DNA from: Diploschistes diacapsis
Lineage: Eukaryota
Assembly: GCA_023645945.1 (NCBI GenBank)
Contig: JALAIB010000028.1
Span: 1 to 45,709 of the forward strand
Length of the DNA stretch: 45,709 nt
Direction: 5' to 3'
Each line of letters begins with the position of its first letter. Within the stretch, counting starts at the first letter, position 1. Position numbers and translations under genes: made by a program. Shown piece after piece: positions 24,601-34,400 of this stretch. The notes below the pieces were generated by a model, which worked only from the letters and a program-made list of their open reading frames with translations, was not told the origin of the DNA and made no database searches.

Positions 24601-26972
24601 AATCTTGCTTGGACCTCAGCGGCGATCTGGTTCACCAATGCTTTGGTTGGAGCTAGATAGACCAGAACACCGTCGTCGTCATCTTTGAGCACTTTTTCCA
24701 TGGCGTAAAAGGAGATAAAGGTCTTGCCGCTAGAGGTGGGCGCAACTACGAACACAGAGTGGTCAGCATCAAGCTCATCCAAGACCCTTCGTTGCCAACC
24801 ATCGGGTTTGAAGGGTACTCTCGAATCCGGGGCCGCGTCAAAGTTGCGCTCCATATAAGGCCCAAAGTGGAACAGCATGAAACGGTACCATGATCCAGGA
24901 GGCCTTGCCAAGATGCTCTCGTAGTTGACCTGGAATGAGAGCAATCGCTCTACATCATTAGACGCAGCAAATGCCACTGGAACATCAAGTCGTTTGGCAA
25001 TGTGACTGGCGCAGGAAGCTTCTGAGGCTGTAAGGGTACCAGATGCGAGGATTTGGAGGAGATGGACGATTAAAGCCAAGATTTCGAACCTCCGATGTTC
25101 AGAATAGCTTGATCTAGTCCGGTTCCACAGTTTTAGAAGATTTTGGATTCTATAGAGCCTGATTTCATTGCCGAGCATCTCCGACTTGGAATGATGAAGC
25201 TCCTTTGCATACGCCTTGGCACTTTCCTCGATAGACTCAGCATTAGATATAGCGTCTAGTTGATTTTTTTTGAATTTCCAGGAATCAAATAATCTTTGCT
25301 TTTCCTTCGTAGCTTTAGCGGCTCTGTCAGACGCTATCTGTGCTCGTAGCGCTTCCCTTGTACTGAGTCTGACATTCTGAGAACCTCCTCTAGTAGCAGT
25401 TGCCGTATGCACATTGCCGGCTCGTTCGCGGAAGTCTGCTTGGGAGCCCATCGTAACAATTGTTTTAGGCTCAAGTATCGTTCCCGAAGCATTTGTGAGA
25501 CTTGCAGCATAGTTAATCATCTCAGCCATTCGCTTTTGATTTTGTCGAAGGAGCCTTTGAGTTAGATAAGGCGGTGTATCCTGTTGTACTCTCTTCCTGT
25601 GATTGTGCCAATGAGTAAGGTCGTGGAATATCCTATCTGCTGCCGAGTAAGGCTCAGCTACTGTCCCGGCTGCCACAACTCGAACCGGACTAAGATGCGT
25701 GTCGAATACAGAATTTGTAAATGGAAGAACAAGTCCTTTCCCAGTTCCATCATGGCATTCTTGACCAGCACAAAGATGATGCGGTTTAGTGCTAGCCTGA
25801 GGCAGTAAGACATCGATGTCTAAGGTGCTGCAGGCGCGAGTGTGTAAATTTCTGAGCCAAGCAGGCAGCTGAGGTAAAAGAGTGCTGTAGTGAGCGAGAC
25901 AATAATAGAATATACGACCGTCAACTACGTCTGCAAGTCCATAAAGATATTCTTCGCGGAGCGGGTCGTGTTCGGCCAATAAGCACCTCATTGCCTTGTT
26001 TGTATAGTTTAGAAAATCCTGTGCAGGGAGTGCAAGGTCAGAATCGACTATATCAACAGTGCATCGCAGTCGTCGGTTCGAAATGCTAATGTCTCGAAGG
26101 AGTAGGTAGTGGAATAGAAAGACTTCTGACAAATGACGCCAAAAAGGTAGACTTCGGAGCAGAGACAGCACTTGACAAATGAGGACTATTGGACCGGCAC
26201 TATTCGCACCATCTTCGAATAGGCTGATGTTTGGTGAATGTTTCACGTTGACATAGGGAGCCGGTTGTTTTTCTCCAAGTTCAGCCACGCATGTCAAAGC
26301 TTTCTGCATGGCTTTGTCCGGTTCTTCCAAGCTTCTCTGAGCTTCTCGGCTTACTTCTGCTACCTCAACAATAACCCTCGAATCCTGCCATTTCAACTCA
26401 TTGAGCAGCCCTATGTAGAATCCTCGAAGTAGAAAAAATCGTATCATCGCTCTTAGAATTCTTTGTTTATCGGAGTTCTCCGTGAAAGGCTTCACAGCTG
26501 CAAGGGAGCCGTCATGGCAGAGCAAGAAATACACATGCTTTCTCTTGAAATTCTCTAGCAGCGCTGCATCATTGAGACGTGGGAAAATCCAAATATCAAC
26601 GTTAGGTGAAGACTCGGCGTGAGCTCGAAGGTGTCGGATGATGATCTCGCGGGCTAGCAGGAACTTGGACTCATCCTTAGGCTCAGTATGGTAGGGAAGG
26701 CAAATTTTCTTGTTTTGCTCAATGAAAACTATCACAAAGTTGCATCGTCTCTCATGCAGTCGCTTCAGGAACCTTTCGACAAGGAATACCGCATGGAGAA
26801 GCTGAAAGCCCTTGCGAAAGTCAAGCTCAGGGTCTGAGAAACACGCAAGGAGAAGCGAATCTCCCTCGATCGCTCCCAGGTTTGCGCCTGCGAAATCTCC
26901 AACGAGATCAACATTTCTGAAATTCAACAAGTGGTACCACCTGGTCAACAATGAGGCTTCTTCAGCCGGCAT
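21648..26972 (-). CDS. DDX60-like (Ski2-family) DExH RNA helicase, 1774 aa
   Basis: Single ORF. APTSSGKT, PTKALVNQ, DEIH, ALSAT, TLALGINMP, QASGRAGRRG. The N-terminal DLVGDFAG..IEGDSLL is typical of fungal DDX60 homologues. Confidence 0.9.
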   Translation of the reverse strand: MPAEEASLLTRWYHLLNFRNVDLVGDFAGANLGAIEGDSLLLACFSDPELDFRKGFQLLHAVFLVERFLKRLHERRCNFVIVFIEQNKKICLPYHTEPKDESKFLLAREIIIRHLRAHAESSPNVDIWIFPRLNDAALLENFKRKHVYFLLCHDGSLAAVKPFTENSDKQRILRAMIRFFLLRGFYIGLLNELKWQDSRVIVEVAEVSREAQRSLEEPDKAMQKALTCVAELGEKQPAPYVNVKHSPNISLFEDGANSAGPIVLICQVLSLLRSLPFWRHLSEVFLFHYLLLRDISISNRRLRCTVDIVDSDLALPAQDFLNYTNKAMRCLLAEHDPLREEYLYGLADVVDGRIFYYCLAHYSTLLPQLPAWLRNLHTRACSTLDIDVLLPQASTKPHHLCAGQECHDGTGKGLVLPFTNSVFDTHLSPVRVVAAGTVAEPYSAADRIFHDLTHWHNHRKRVQQDTPPYLTQRLLRQNQKRMAEMINYAASLTNASGTILEPKTIVTMGSQADFRERAGNVHTATATRGGSQNVRLSTREALRAQIASDRAAKATKEKQRLFDSWKFKKNQLDAISNAESIEESAKAYAKELHHSKSEMLGNEIRLYRIQNLLKLWNRTRSSYSEHRRFEILALIVHLLQILASGTLTASEASCASHIAKRLDVPVAFAASNDVERLLSFQVNYESILARPPGSWYRFMLFHFGPYMERNFDAAPDSRVPFKPDGWQRRVLDELDADHSVFVVAPTSSGKTFISFYAMEKVLKDDDDGVLVYLAPTKALVNQIAAEVQARFSKTYPYVSQTVWALHTRDYRINAPARCQVLVTVPHILQIMLLSPENAPTWCPRLRRIIFDEIHTIGRAEDGLVWEQLLLLSPCPIIALSATVGNPEEFCDWLTTTQKSIGVQLTMVQHPHRYSELRKFKYVAPKQFTFLSIPRPISSWRLSVDGDPCFGFIHPVATLLGKDTVPVDLSLEPRDCYTLYEALCRHQSEAFPVPETLDPQGCLPAVANKQDTLAWERSLKSLLGEWMEKTDSPFLKVLTTLREGMHPSRQAGIVCDNTMNSIESHPDAQQVDDSDIFATTMPLLCSLRMQNALPAILFNYDRSKCDDLCKRMLSILEDTESKYKAKSTSWASTLREWRSYQNTAAARGKDSKARKKGRKTQRGGDEDDDNVSKEDRAREEAAFAPVSKWASFDPSAPLEEFSFANSKKATLSELNVFADKLKFKNVDPLLIKALRRGIAIHHAGCNRVYRQTVEMLFRRGYLCVVFATGTLALGINMPCVTTVFCGDSVFLTALEYRQASGRAGRRGFDLLGNVIFHHIEDNKICRLISSRLPDLSGHFPLTTTMVLRLCSLLHNSQESPVVVKAVNSLLSQPRIYLGGEAYRDQVLHHLRFSIEYLRRNSLLSSSGAPRNFAGIVCHLYYTENAAFSFHALLIGGYFHKLTQNIGWNAPHVLQTLMLVLANIFGRRRFRTAISQEAMNRARNSPSVVFLPPLPQEAATILAEHDAETKRIFENYVSTFVDQHMHNPDNTLPFTRLKIGGEGTYLPSLPAPSIRSAFTALSGHGDSFATVSELCNGVRSGVFLEEAVIPKLSGSREEGEEEPLNAYLYDFWKHQDLRALEEDNGIRKSDVWFLLNDFSLVLATIVTSLTSYVKGPVSDLEFLDLQGGGEIDEIDLDDETETKEDPEPSVEGKKMKKAMPVRKKKEAVADSWEDEVSSEEQSGDNGFETATTASSPRETAEIATPHPGSVGDLKRVLIAFQQLKADFDAKFRKMWA

Positions 26973-27536
26973 AATTCAGATTATAATATGGCTTCAGAAC
27001 GGGAGATATCAAGCGTTGGCAAGTTGCAGCAATTAAAGTCTGTCTTGAGTCAGGTGGGGCTATAAAGGCATCCAGCAAGCGGCTGGACTTTAAACCCTCT
27101 TGACCTTGACAGAACCTTGCAAGCCTCCAGGGGAAGCGGACGACTTCTCTGCAGGTATCCGCACATTGAAGGTTGATCCTGAAATGCCAAATAATACATG
27201 TTCTGCAAAGCTACAGGATAATTGCATGATTTGTGAAGTGGCAAGAGCGATCAGCTATGTCTGCGTATCGTAAGACCCAGGATAAGCGCATGCAGGATAT
27301 TGTAAAAGCGAAATGTCACATTCCCTTTGGATTGAGCTCGGAGACTCTGGCGTCCTTTGCTTACTCGGATCTATTGCGCTTTGCCCCGTAAGTCCAAATC
27401 CATAAGAAGAGCTGCGATATTAATGGTCTAAAGTGAGGTGAGAACGCCAGGATAGGAGAAGTGATAAGCCGTGATCGCCATGCATACCTCCGTTGGTCCC
27501 GATCTATCCTACAACAGTCCCAAAGAAAGTCATGCA

Positions 27537-28581
27537 CTATGTGCGCTGCGTAGTTGGCACCCGAGCCTCAGCGCCGCTGGCCCTATGCCAAACGTCTCCT
27601 CCCCATCGGATTAGCCTTTCTGCTGCGGCAGTAGGTGTATCCACGGCAGGTCTAACATCAAGATAAAAGACAGGCTCTCCGGTCGGTTCTGGAGGCCCAG
27701 AATAATAGTCAATGACGTAGCGAACCTCATGCTTCTTCCCATCTGGTGTGTGCCTTTGCACGTACCAGTCGTGCCTGTCGAAAGGAGGATCACCTCTGGA
27801 CCACATTAGCAAGACAGCCATGAATTACGTTTGAATAGATATACTTGAACTTGGCGGGATAGAGCTGGCCAAGAGCTTGGATCGCCTTTGCTTTGGGGGT
27901 CATTTCCTTAGGTCGGCCTTGAAATCTCAGAAGACGAGGAGGTTGCATTGTCGAAACGTCTGATGGTGCGATTGTATCAAATGCTGCCTCCCCTTTCCTG
28001 CAGTAGTCCCACCCACGCGATAGCCCCCTTGAAAACCTCTGCTCCCAACCTACAATCTCCGCCCATGCACCCTCGTTTAAGAAATTATGGACGGCAACCA
28101 TAGACTCCACAGCATCTTGCGGGGTGTCATCGTAGCCTTTTCGTAGCATCGCATTGTACATTTGCTGCGGCGACGGATACTCCCAGTTCGAATCTGCATC
28201 TCCGCGAGGTATAGAGGATATTTCCCGACCAAATGGCAGGAAAACTGATTGGTTGGGTGCTCGTGATTGGGAAAGATTCGAAGGCATATAATTAAGAGGG
28301 TTTAGTTTTGATAAAGTAGACGAAGTAGAATCTTGTTGAGGCTCAGAATTTGCAAGCTGTTTTATCGGACAGGATCCCTCCGGTGCGTTACTTTTGCTTT
28401 GAGGGGGAAACGAAGAGGGTGCTTTTAATGAAGGCATGGGACAACCTGGCTTCACCAAGTCAACATAGGCTCCCTGCACCAGTCGGCATTGTCTTACTGG
28501 GGGACAGGCATCGTGCTTAGGAGGTGGCGGACGCTTCGCAACAGACGCAGACGGTGTAGTATCTGCCCAAAACCAGCCCAT
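27537..28581 (-). CDS. CYC3: Holocytochrome c synthase (cytochrome c heme lyase)
   Basis: Exons 28581-28498, 28449-27845, 27795-27537. CP heme motifs, [46 protein letters not shown]. Confidence 0.94.
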
Positions 28582-28895
28582 CGCTATAAGAATTTATTAG
28601 AGAAATGAGGGAACTGTGTTAGCACTGGTGGAGCTTGGTGAGATTATAGAGGAAGTAAGGTAAAGATTACCTCGAATGATGATGCCGTACAATCTTCATA
28701 TTGTCCATTCCGCTTTCAGCCGAAATCGCCAGCGCCGGCGCAGACGCCGAGGAATGACGTCGCTGATTTATTTACTTCACCATCGAACACAACCAAGCTG
28801 TAGCTGCACTCGCCTGTCGTCCCGCCATCTGCTCACTCGTCGATTCAATGGACTTACCTGGAATTCTACAGAGGAAGTTTTAGGTCAATTGTACG

Positions 28896-31061
28896 ATGCG
28901 ACAGGCCATCATCCTCGGCCGGTCATGCCTCCGCAACGGACTGTGCAGAGGGCCGCCCTGCGTTTCACACCTCTCTAGGCTGCGCCACATACATTTTCGC
29001 CTTCAAGCTCATACGCCACGAAAAGCATTGCAGCGGATAAACTACCCATCTGCTGTGCTTCTAGCACTAAGTCCTGCGGCCTTTGTCCAGCTGAGCGAAG
29101 AAGGAAGGGACAATGGGGAGAGCTCTGAGATTCACATGCTTGAGGCGTCAAGACAAGAGCTAGAGGAAGAGCTTCCGGACGACGTAAGAGGGTTGCGGAG
29201 GTTTTGGTTGCAGCTTGAATGGGCGTTCGATGCCTATATCTTCGAGCCGATTGCGACTGGCGTTCGGTTCCTCCACCTTGTCGTCATCTTCATTCCCGTG
29301 ATACTCACGACTCCTGTGGCGCTTGTGGGGTCTCGAAATGAACACAGAGATAATGAGCGAAGTGGTACACTATGGTGGTATAGATTCCTTGTACGGGCGA
29401 TGGAACTGGCTGGGCCTGCTTTCATTAAAGTACGAGAGTGTGATATATCTCCAAGGATAGCTGCTAATGTATGTGCAGCTGGGGCAGTGGGCTGCCTCAC
29501 GGCAAGATATATTCCCATCCCAGATGTGTGCCGTCATGTCTTCGCTCCACTCGAATGCTCCAGCCCACTCGCTTCGGGAAACGAAAAGAATCATTATGAA
29601 TGCATTTGATGGGCGGCCGTTCGATGAAATTTTCGAGGAATTCCAGGAGAAGCCGCTTGGCGTAGGAGCTATAGCACAAGTCTACAAAGCAAAACTGAAG
29701 CCCGACCTTGCCGCTTCAGGTCCATCAGATATAGAGGAGTCGCCATCAAACCTTACCCAAAGAGTGCGTAAGAACGTGGATGTTCTCGTAAAGAGCACTC
29801 CCCGCCGCGTCCCTTCGTCGTATGTCGCCATCAAAGTCCTTCATCCCAAGGTCGAACGTATCGTCCGGCGCGACCTCCGGATTATGACCTTCTTCGCGCG
29901 CCTGCTTAACGCTATTCCTACCTTTGAATGGTTCTCCTTCCCTGACGAAGTTGCTCAATTCGGTGAAATGATGCGTCTCCAGCTCGACCTCCGCATCGAG
30001 GCCGCCAACCTGACCATCTTCCGCAAAAACTTTCGCGATCGTACCACCGCCGGCTTTCCCTACCCCTACTCCGACTATACCACTCGCCAAGTCCTCGTCG
30101 AAGAGTTCGCCCACGGCATTCCACTGGCTGCATTCCTTGAAGATGGCGGCGGCGTCTTTCAGCAGGAGCTCGCCAACGAGGGTCTCGACTCCTTCCTCCG
30201 AATGCTGCTGCTAGACAACTTCATCCACGCCGACCTGCACCCGGGAAACATTATGGTACGCTTCTACAAACCCGAAACCCTCGATCTGGCTTTTGGTCGA
30301 CACAAGCAGTCGGATGATCCAGGCGTCGGCACGGACGTAACAGAAGAGGTCCTCGAGCAGCTGCGCCCACTACGACACAAACCCACGCAGTGGCGCGAGC
30401 AGCTTCGGAAGATCGACGCCGAGGGCTACCGGCCACAGCTCATCCTCATCGACACAGGCCTAGTAACGAGCCTCAACGCCGCGAACCGGACCAACTTCCT
30501 CGACCTGTTCAAAGCGATCGCCGAGTTCGACGGCTACCGCGCCGGCCACCTAATGGTCGACCGGTGCCGACAGCCCGAGGCCGTCGTGGACGCCGAGGTA
30601 TTCGCGCTGAAGATGCAGCATCTCGTGCTTGGCGTGAAGAGCCGTACCTTTGCGCTCGGCAACGTCAAGATCGGCGATATCCTCAACCAGGTGCTGGGCA
30701 TGGTGCGTACGCACCACGTGCGGATGGAGGGCGACTTCGTGAACGTGGTCATCAGCATTCTCTTACTGGAGGGCATCGGGCGGAGCTTGGACCCGGGGTT
30801 GGATCTGTTCAGGTCGGCGCTGCCAATTCTGAGGCAGTTGGGCGCGCAGGGCGGCGGCGCGGAGCTGGTGAAGAATTTGAGGGAAGGAGATCTGAGCATG
30901 TTGAAGGTTTGGGTGGGTTTGGAGGCGAGGAGGTATCTGCAGGCGAGTGTGGAAGATGTAAGTTTCACCCAGCATGTTGTTGAAGGTTTACCTGATGGCT
31001 AATTTTGATCTGATAGGTCGAGCGCTGCGTAAAGTACGATCTACTTTCGCCTAATATATAA
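28896..31061 (+). CDS. Mitochondrial ABC1/UbiB family atypical kinase (ADCK2/Cqd1-like)
   Basis: Exons 28896-29429, 29479-30957, 31017-31061. GPAFIKLGQW, GVGAIAQVY, VAIKV, HADLHPGNI, IDTG. Confidence 0.93.
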
Positions 31062-31416
31062 ACTTAAGTAAGTTTGATGGTGTTTGAATATCCTGGGCAC
31101 TGGACTTTCAACATTGTTCGCCTCCGACACCGCTCACACGGCTGCTCCTCAAATATCTAGCTTAATCGAACATGGGTGGTCAGAGTGGGATTAGCTGTAT
31201 TAAATGTGTGTCTATATGCAAGCTCCAGAGCTATGTACAGTTATCGAGGTCCAGCATATGCCATGCTACGTAATGCAGGTTAACCTGCATTAAATGGTAT
31301 TGAGCCCCTTTCCATAACCACCCAAATGCAAATCACCGTTATCTCTCTAATCGAAATCCACCTGAAATTTAGTAAACAGTCGGAGTCCAGAGCGTGTGAT
31401 ATGAATCTTGGCCTAA

Positions 31417-34400
31417 TCAGCCGTGCTGGGCGAGCCTTGAGCCTGCGGGTGTGTATCGATCGATCCGGCGCGCCGCGCCAGATCTATCTTGTGGCTTATA
31501 GGAGTCCATCATTTTGCCCCAACCACTTCTGTTTCCCCTGCTCCGTGTATCATCTTTGACACTTTCTGTACTTGTTGATCCTTGTTCCTTCCTCCAGCTA
31601 CCCAGGATCTGATCCCACTTGCTCTCCTTGGCTTGGTCACCATTTAGGTCCATGTCAAGGATGGCTACTAATCCTTGGGCGAAAGCCTCTCTGACGGGAT
31701 TGTTCACTAGCAAAGCCCGCTTGTAGAGAGTTGCAAAGGCCTCGGACTGCATCTGTTCTAGACCTTGGCGAAATTCAATGATTGAGCTGGCAGCGCGACG
31801 ATCCCAGCTTTGTATGTAGAAAGGAAGCCAGTCGTCCATTTTTAATACACGAACGGAGTTGGGGGCCAAGCCTAAGTGACCACCAAATAGACACGCCATC
31901 AGTGGTGAAACCTGTGTGGTATCACGCATGTAAGTACTTTTGCCATCGTTGGACTTGGCAAGGGTACTATATGAGACGAGTGGGATCTCAGGGGAGACGT
32001 TCTGCGCAGAGCGATCCCTCGTTCTTGGCTGAAAGTTGACAGAAGCTGGGTGAACCAGGGCATTGTTTTCCCTAAGCGTACGGTAGAGAATATTGCGACT
32101 ATGAGCTCCGATATTGGGGAAGGCCCCTGCCAGAATAAGGGCTTTGATAAGCCCTACTTTATCGGAGTTAACGTTCAGAGAAGGGTCACCAATCTGAAGA
32201 TCTGCGCGACGGTGTGATGCTGTCGCATGTATGATTTGATTTTCTTCCAACACTGAAGCAATCGCTTCAGCCGTGCCTTGGATCGACCTGTATGCACCGA
32301 CGTGTAGATATCTTCTTCGAGAAAGCTCAGAAAGCGCAGCGAAGCCATCTCTTTGGTCGACGAAGCGCATCTCTTTGAAAGCATTTAAGGAAGCAATGTG
32401 ATCACTATTAGTGCCTCGAGCGTAAGCGATTTTAGAGTCATTTGCAGCCTTTTTGTCATCCCGAGCAATCGGATTCAAGAACAAGTTGCGTTCGTTGAAT
32501 ACAGCCCCCACGATCAGTAGCGGATCGAGGCACTTGAAAATCACGCCAAGGGTAACCATCTTACCCAAAGAAGGATGAATGGGTAAGGAAGCTAGAAGAC
32601 GACCAAGCGGAGTTATAGTCTCGTCAGCAGTGAGACAATCCAGCGTAATGAGGTTCTGCAATGCACTATCCACAGCCTCGGTACTAGGGGGCTCGATAGC
32701 ACCAGCCAGAAATCGTTTCACAGGAACTTTGTAGCCCTGTGCCCGGATGTCGAGGCAAACCTCTTGCAAATCTGAACGAAGTAACTCAGGGAGACCGACT
32801 GCTCTGAGACTTTCAAACCGCTCTTTAGAATATAACGCGTAGTAATGGCCGTCCTGTACGCGACCAGCACGACCAGCCCGCTGCTTGACGTTCGACTTAC
32901 TGGCCCATATACAGGCAAGTTTGGTTATTCTCCGCAGCTGATCGTACTGCTTTTCACGCAATTTGCATACGTCGACCACGTATTGAACGTCCGGAATTGT
33001 AATGGATGTTTCAGCAATGTTTGTTGCTAGAATGATTTTCCTACAGCCTGGCGGCATAGGATTAAAGACGTCCTTCTGAGCATCTGGAATCGACGAATGG
33101 AGCATGAACGCCCGATATCTTGACTCGTCGGAAAAGTTGATACCAAGCGGTTTATGATCTTTAATGGTATTAGCGACTTTTAGGATGTTGTCGAGGCCGG
33201 GCAGGAAGACTAGGATAGCGCCATCTTGAGTGGTTTTCAGGATGTGTGCGATGGTGGTTGCAATAAGACTGTGAGGAACTAGAGCTTCTTCCGTTTCGCT
33301 GTAAGCCGTGTCACGTTTCTGCAGAGCCCTTCCTCTTTCTGATCTCCAATCTATGACTATGTCATCCTGCTCTTGCTCATCCGGTGCACCCCCGGAATGA
33401 GTTTGTATAGGGTTTCTCCTTGCGAACGTTGTTTCTGCCTCAAGATAGTCTCGGGTGTCCTTGTCGAGGTTCATGGTTGAGAGTGCTTTTGCGCCATGCT
33501 CCCTTTGTATGGATTCCATGATTTCTCCCAAATGCCGCTCCTTCACAGGGAAAGTTCGACCGGGCACGCTTAAAGTAGGACAATCAATGAAACCTTGCGT
33601 TGGATGCTTAATTCGAAAGTAATCTGCAAACATGTCTGAATCTATCGTTGCGCTCATTAGAACAATGCGCGGAACAGATTTTCCCTGCTCAACTCTTTCA
33701 GCGACAGCATTTTTCAAAGTCGTAAGTAAGAAATCTATGATTATGTCCCTCTCATGTACTTCGTCGATAATTAAGTGGGAAATACTGTCGAATATCTCAT
33801 CAGGCGAGTGCTGCAGCTGCTGAGATAGGATACCGGTAGTACAGTAAGTAATACTTCCCCCTAAGCGTGGCAGCTTAGCATCTCGCCTGACGTGATAGCC
33901 CACGGAATTTGTGAGATTCTCAGCCCGCTCATCCGCTACACGCTGGGCGACCGATTTGGCTGCGATTCTTCGTGGCTGTGTGCAGACGATGTTGCATTTG
34001 CCTCCTTCTCCTCTCTGGATTGCTTCATTCAGTAAGATTTGTGGAACCTGTGTCGTCTTGCCGGATCCTGTAGCGCCAATCACTATCGAATAGAGATTGT
34101 TTTGCACAATGTCGATAACTTCTTTGATGTAGAGATTCATTGGGTATTCTGCTCGAGTTTGGCGTAGGTCGGCCAAATCTGGATCGGCGAGATAACGCTT
34201 ATAATACCCCAGTAGCTGTTTCGACCTAAGATCGATCTCCATCAAAGATAACCGCCGATGGTTCGTGCGGGCTGCTCCCTGCCGGTCCTCATTAACCTCA
34301 AGGTCATCGTATTGGTCCCCAAGCCCAGATCTACGCGCTTCGGCAAGTGTTGCCCGCATCTTTGTTAAAGTCTGACTGCTCACTGGCATATCGCTCGGTG

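Noticed and set aside
30390..30983. Long overlapping and antisense ORFs in GC-rich genes (also 6306-6947, 17396-17989, 36007-36876, 37404-38135)
   Set aside because: Shadow frames expected from high GC and codon bias.
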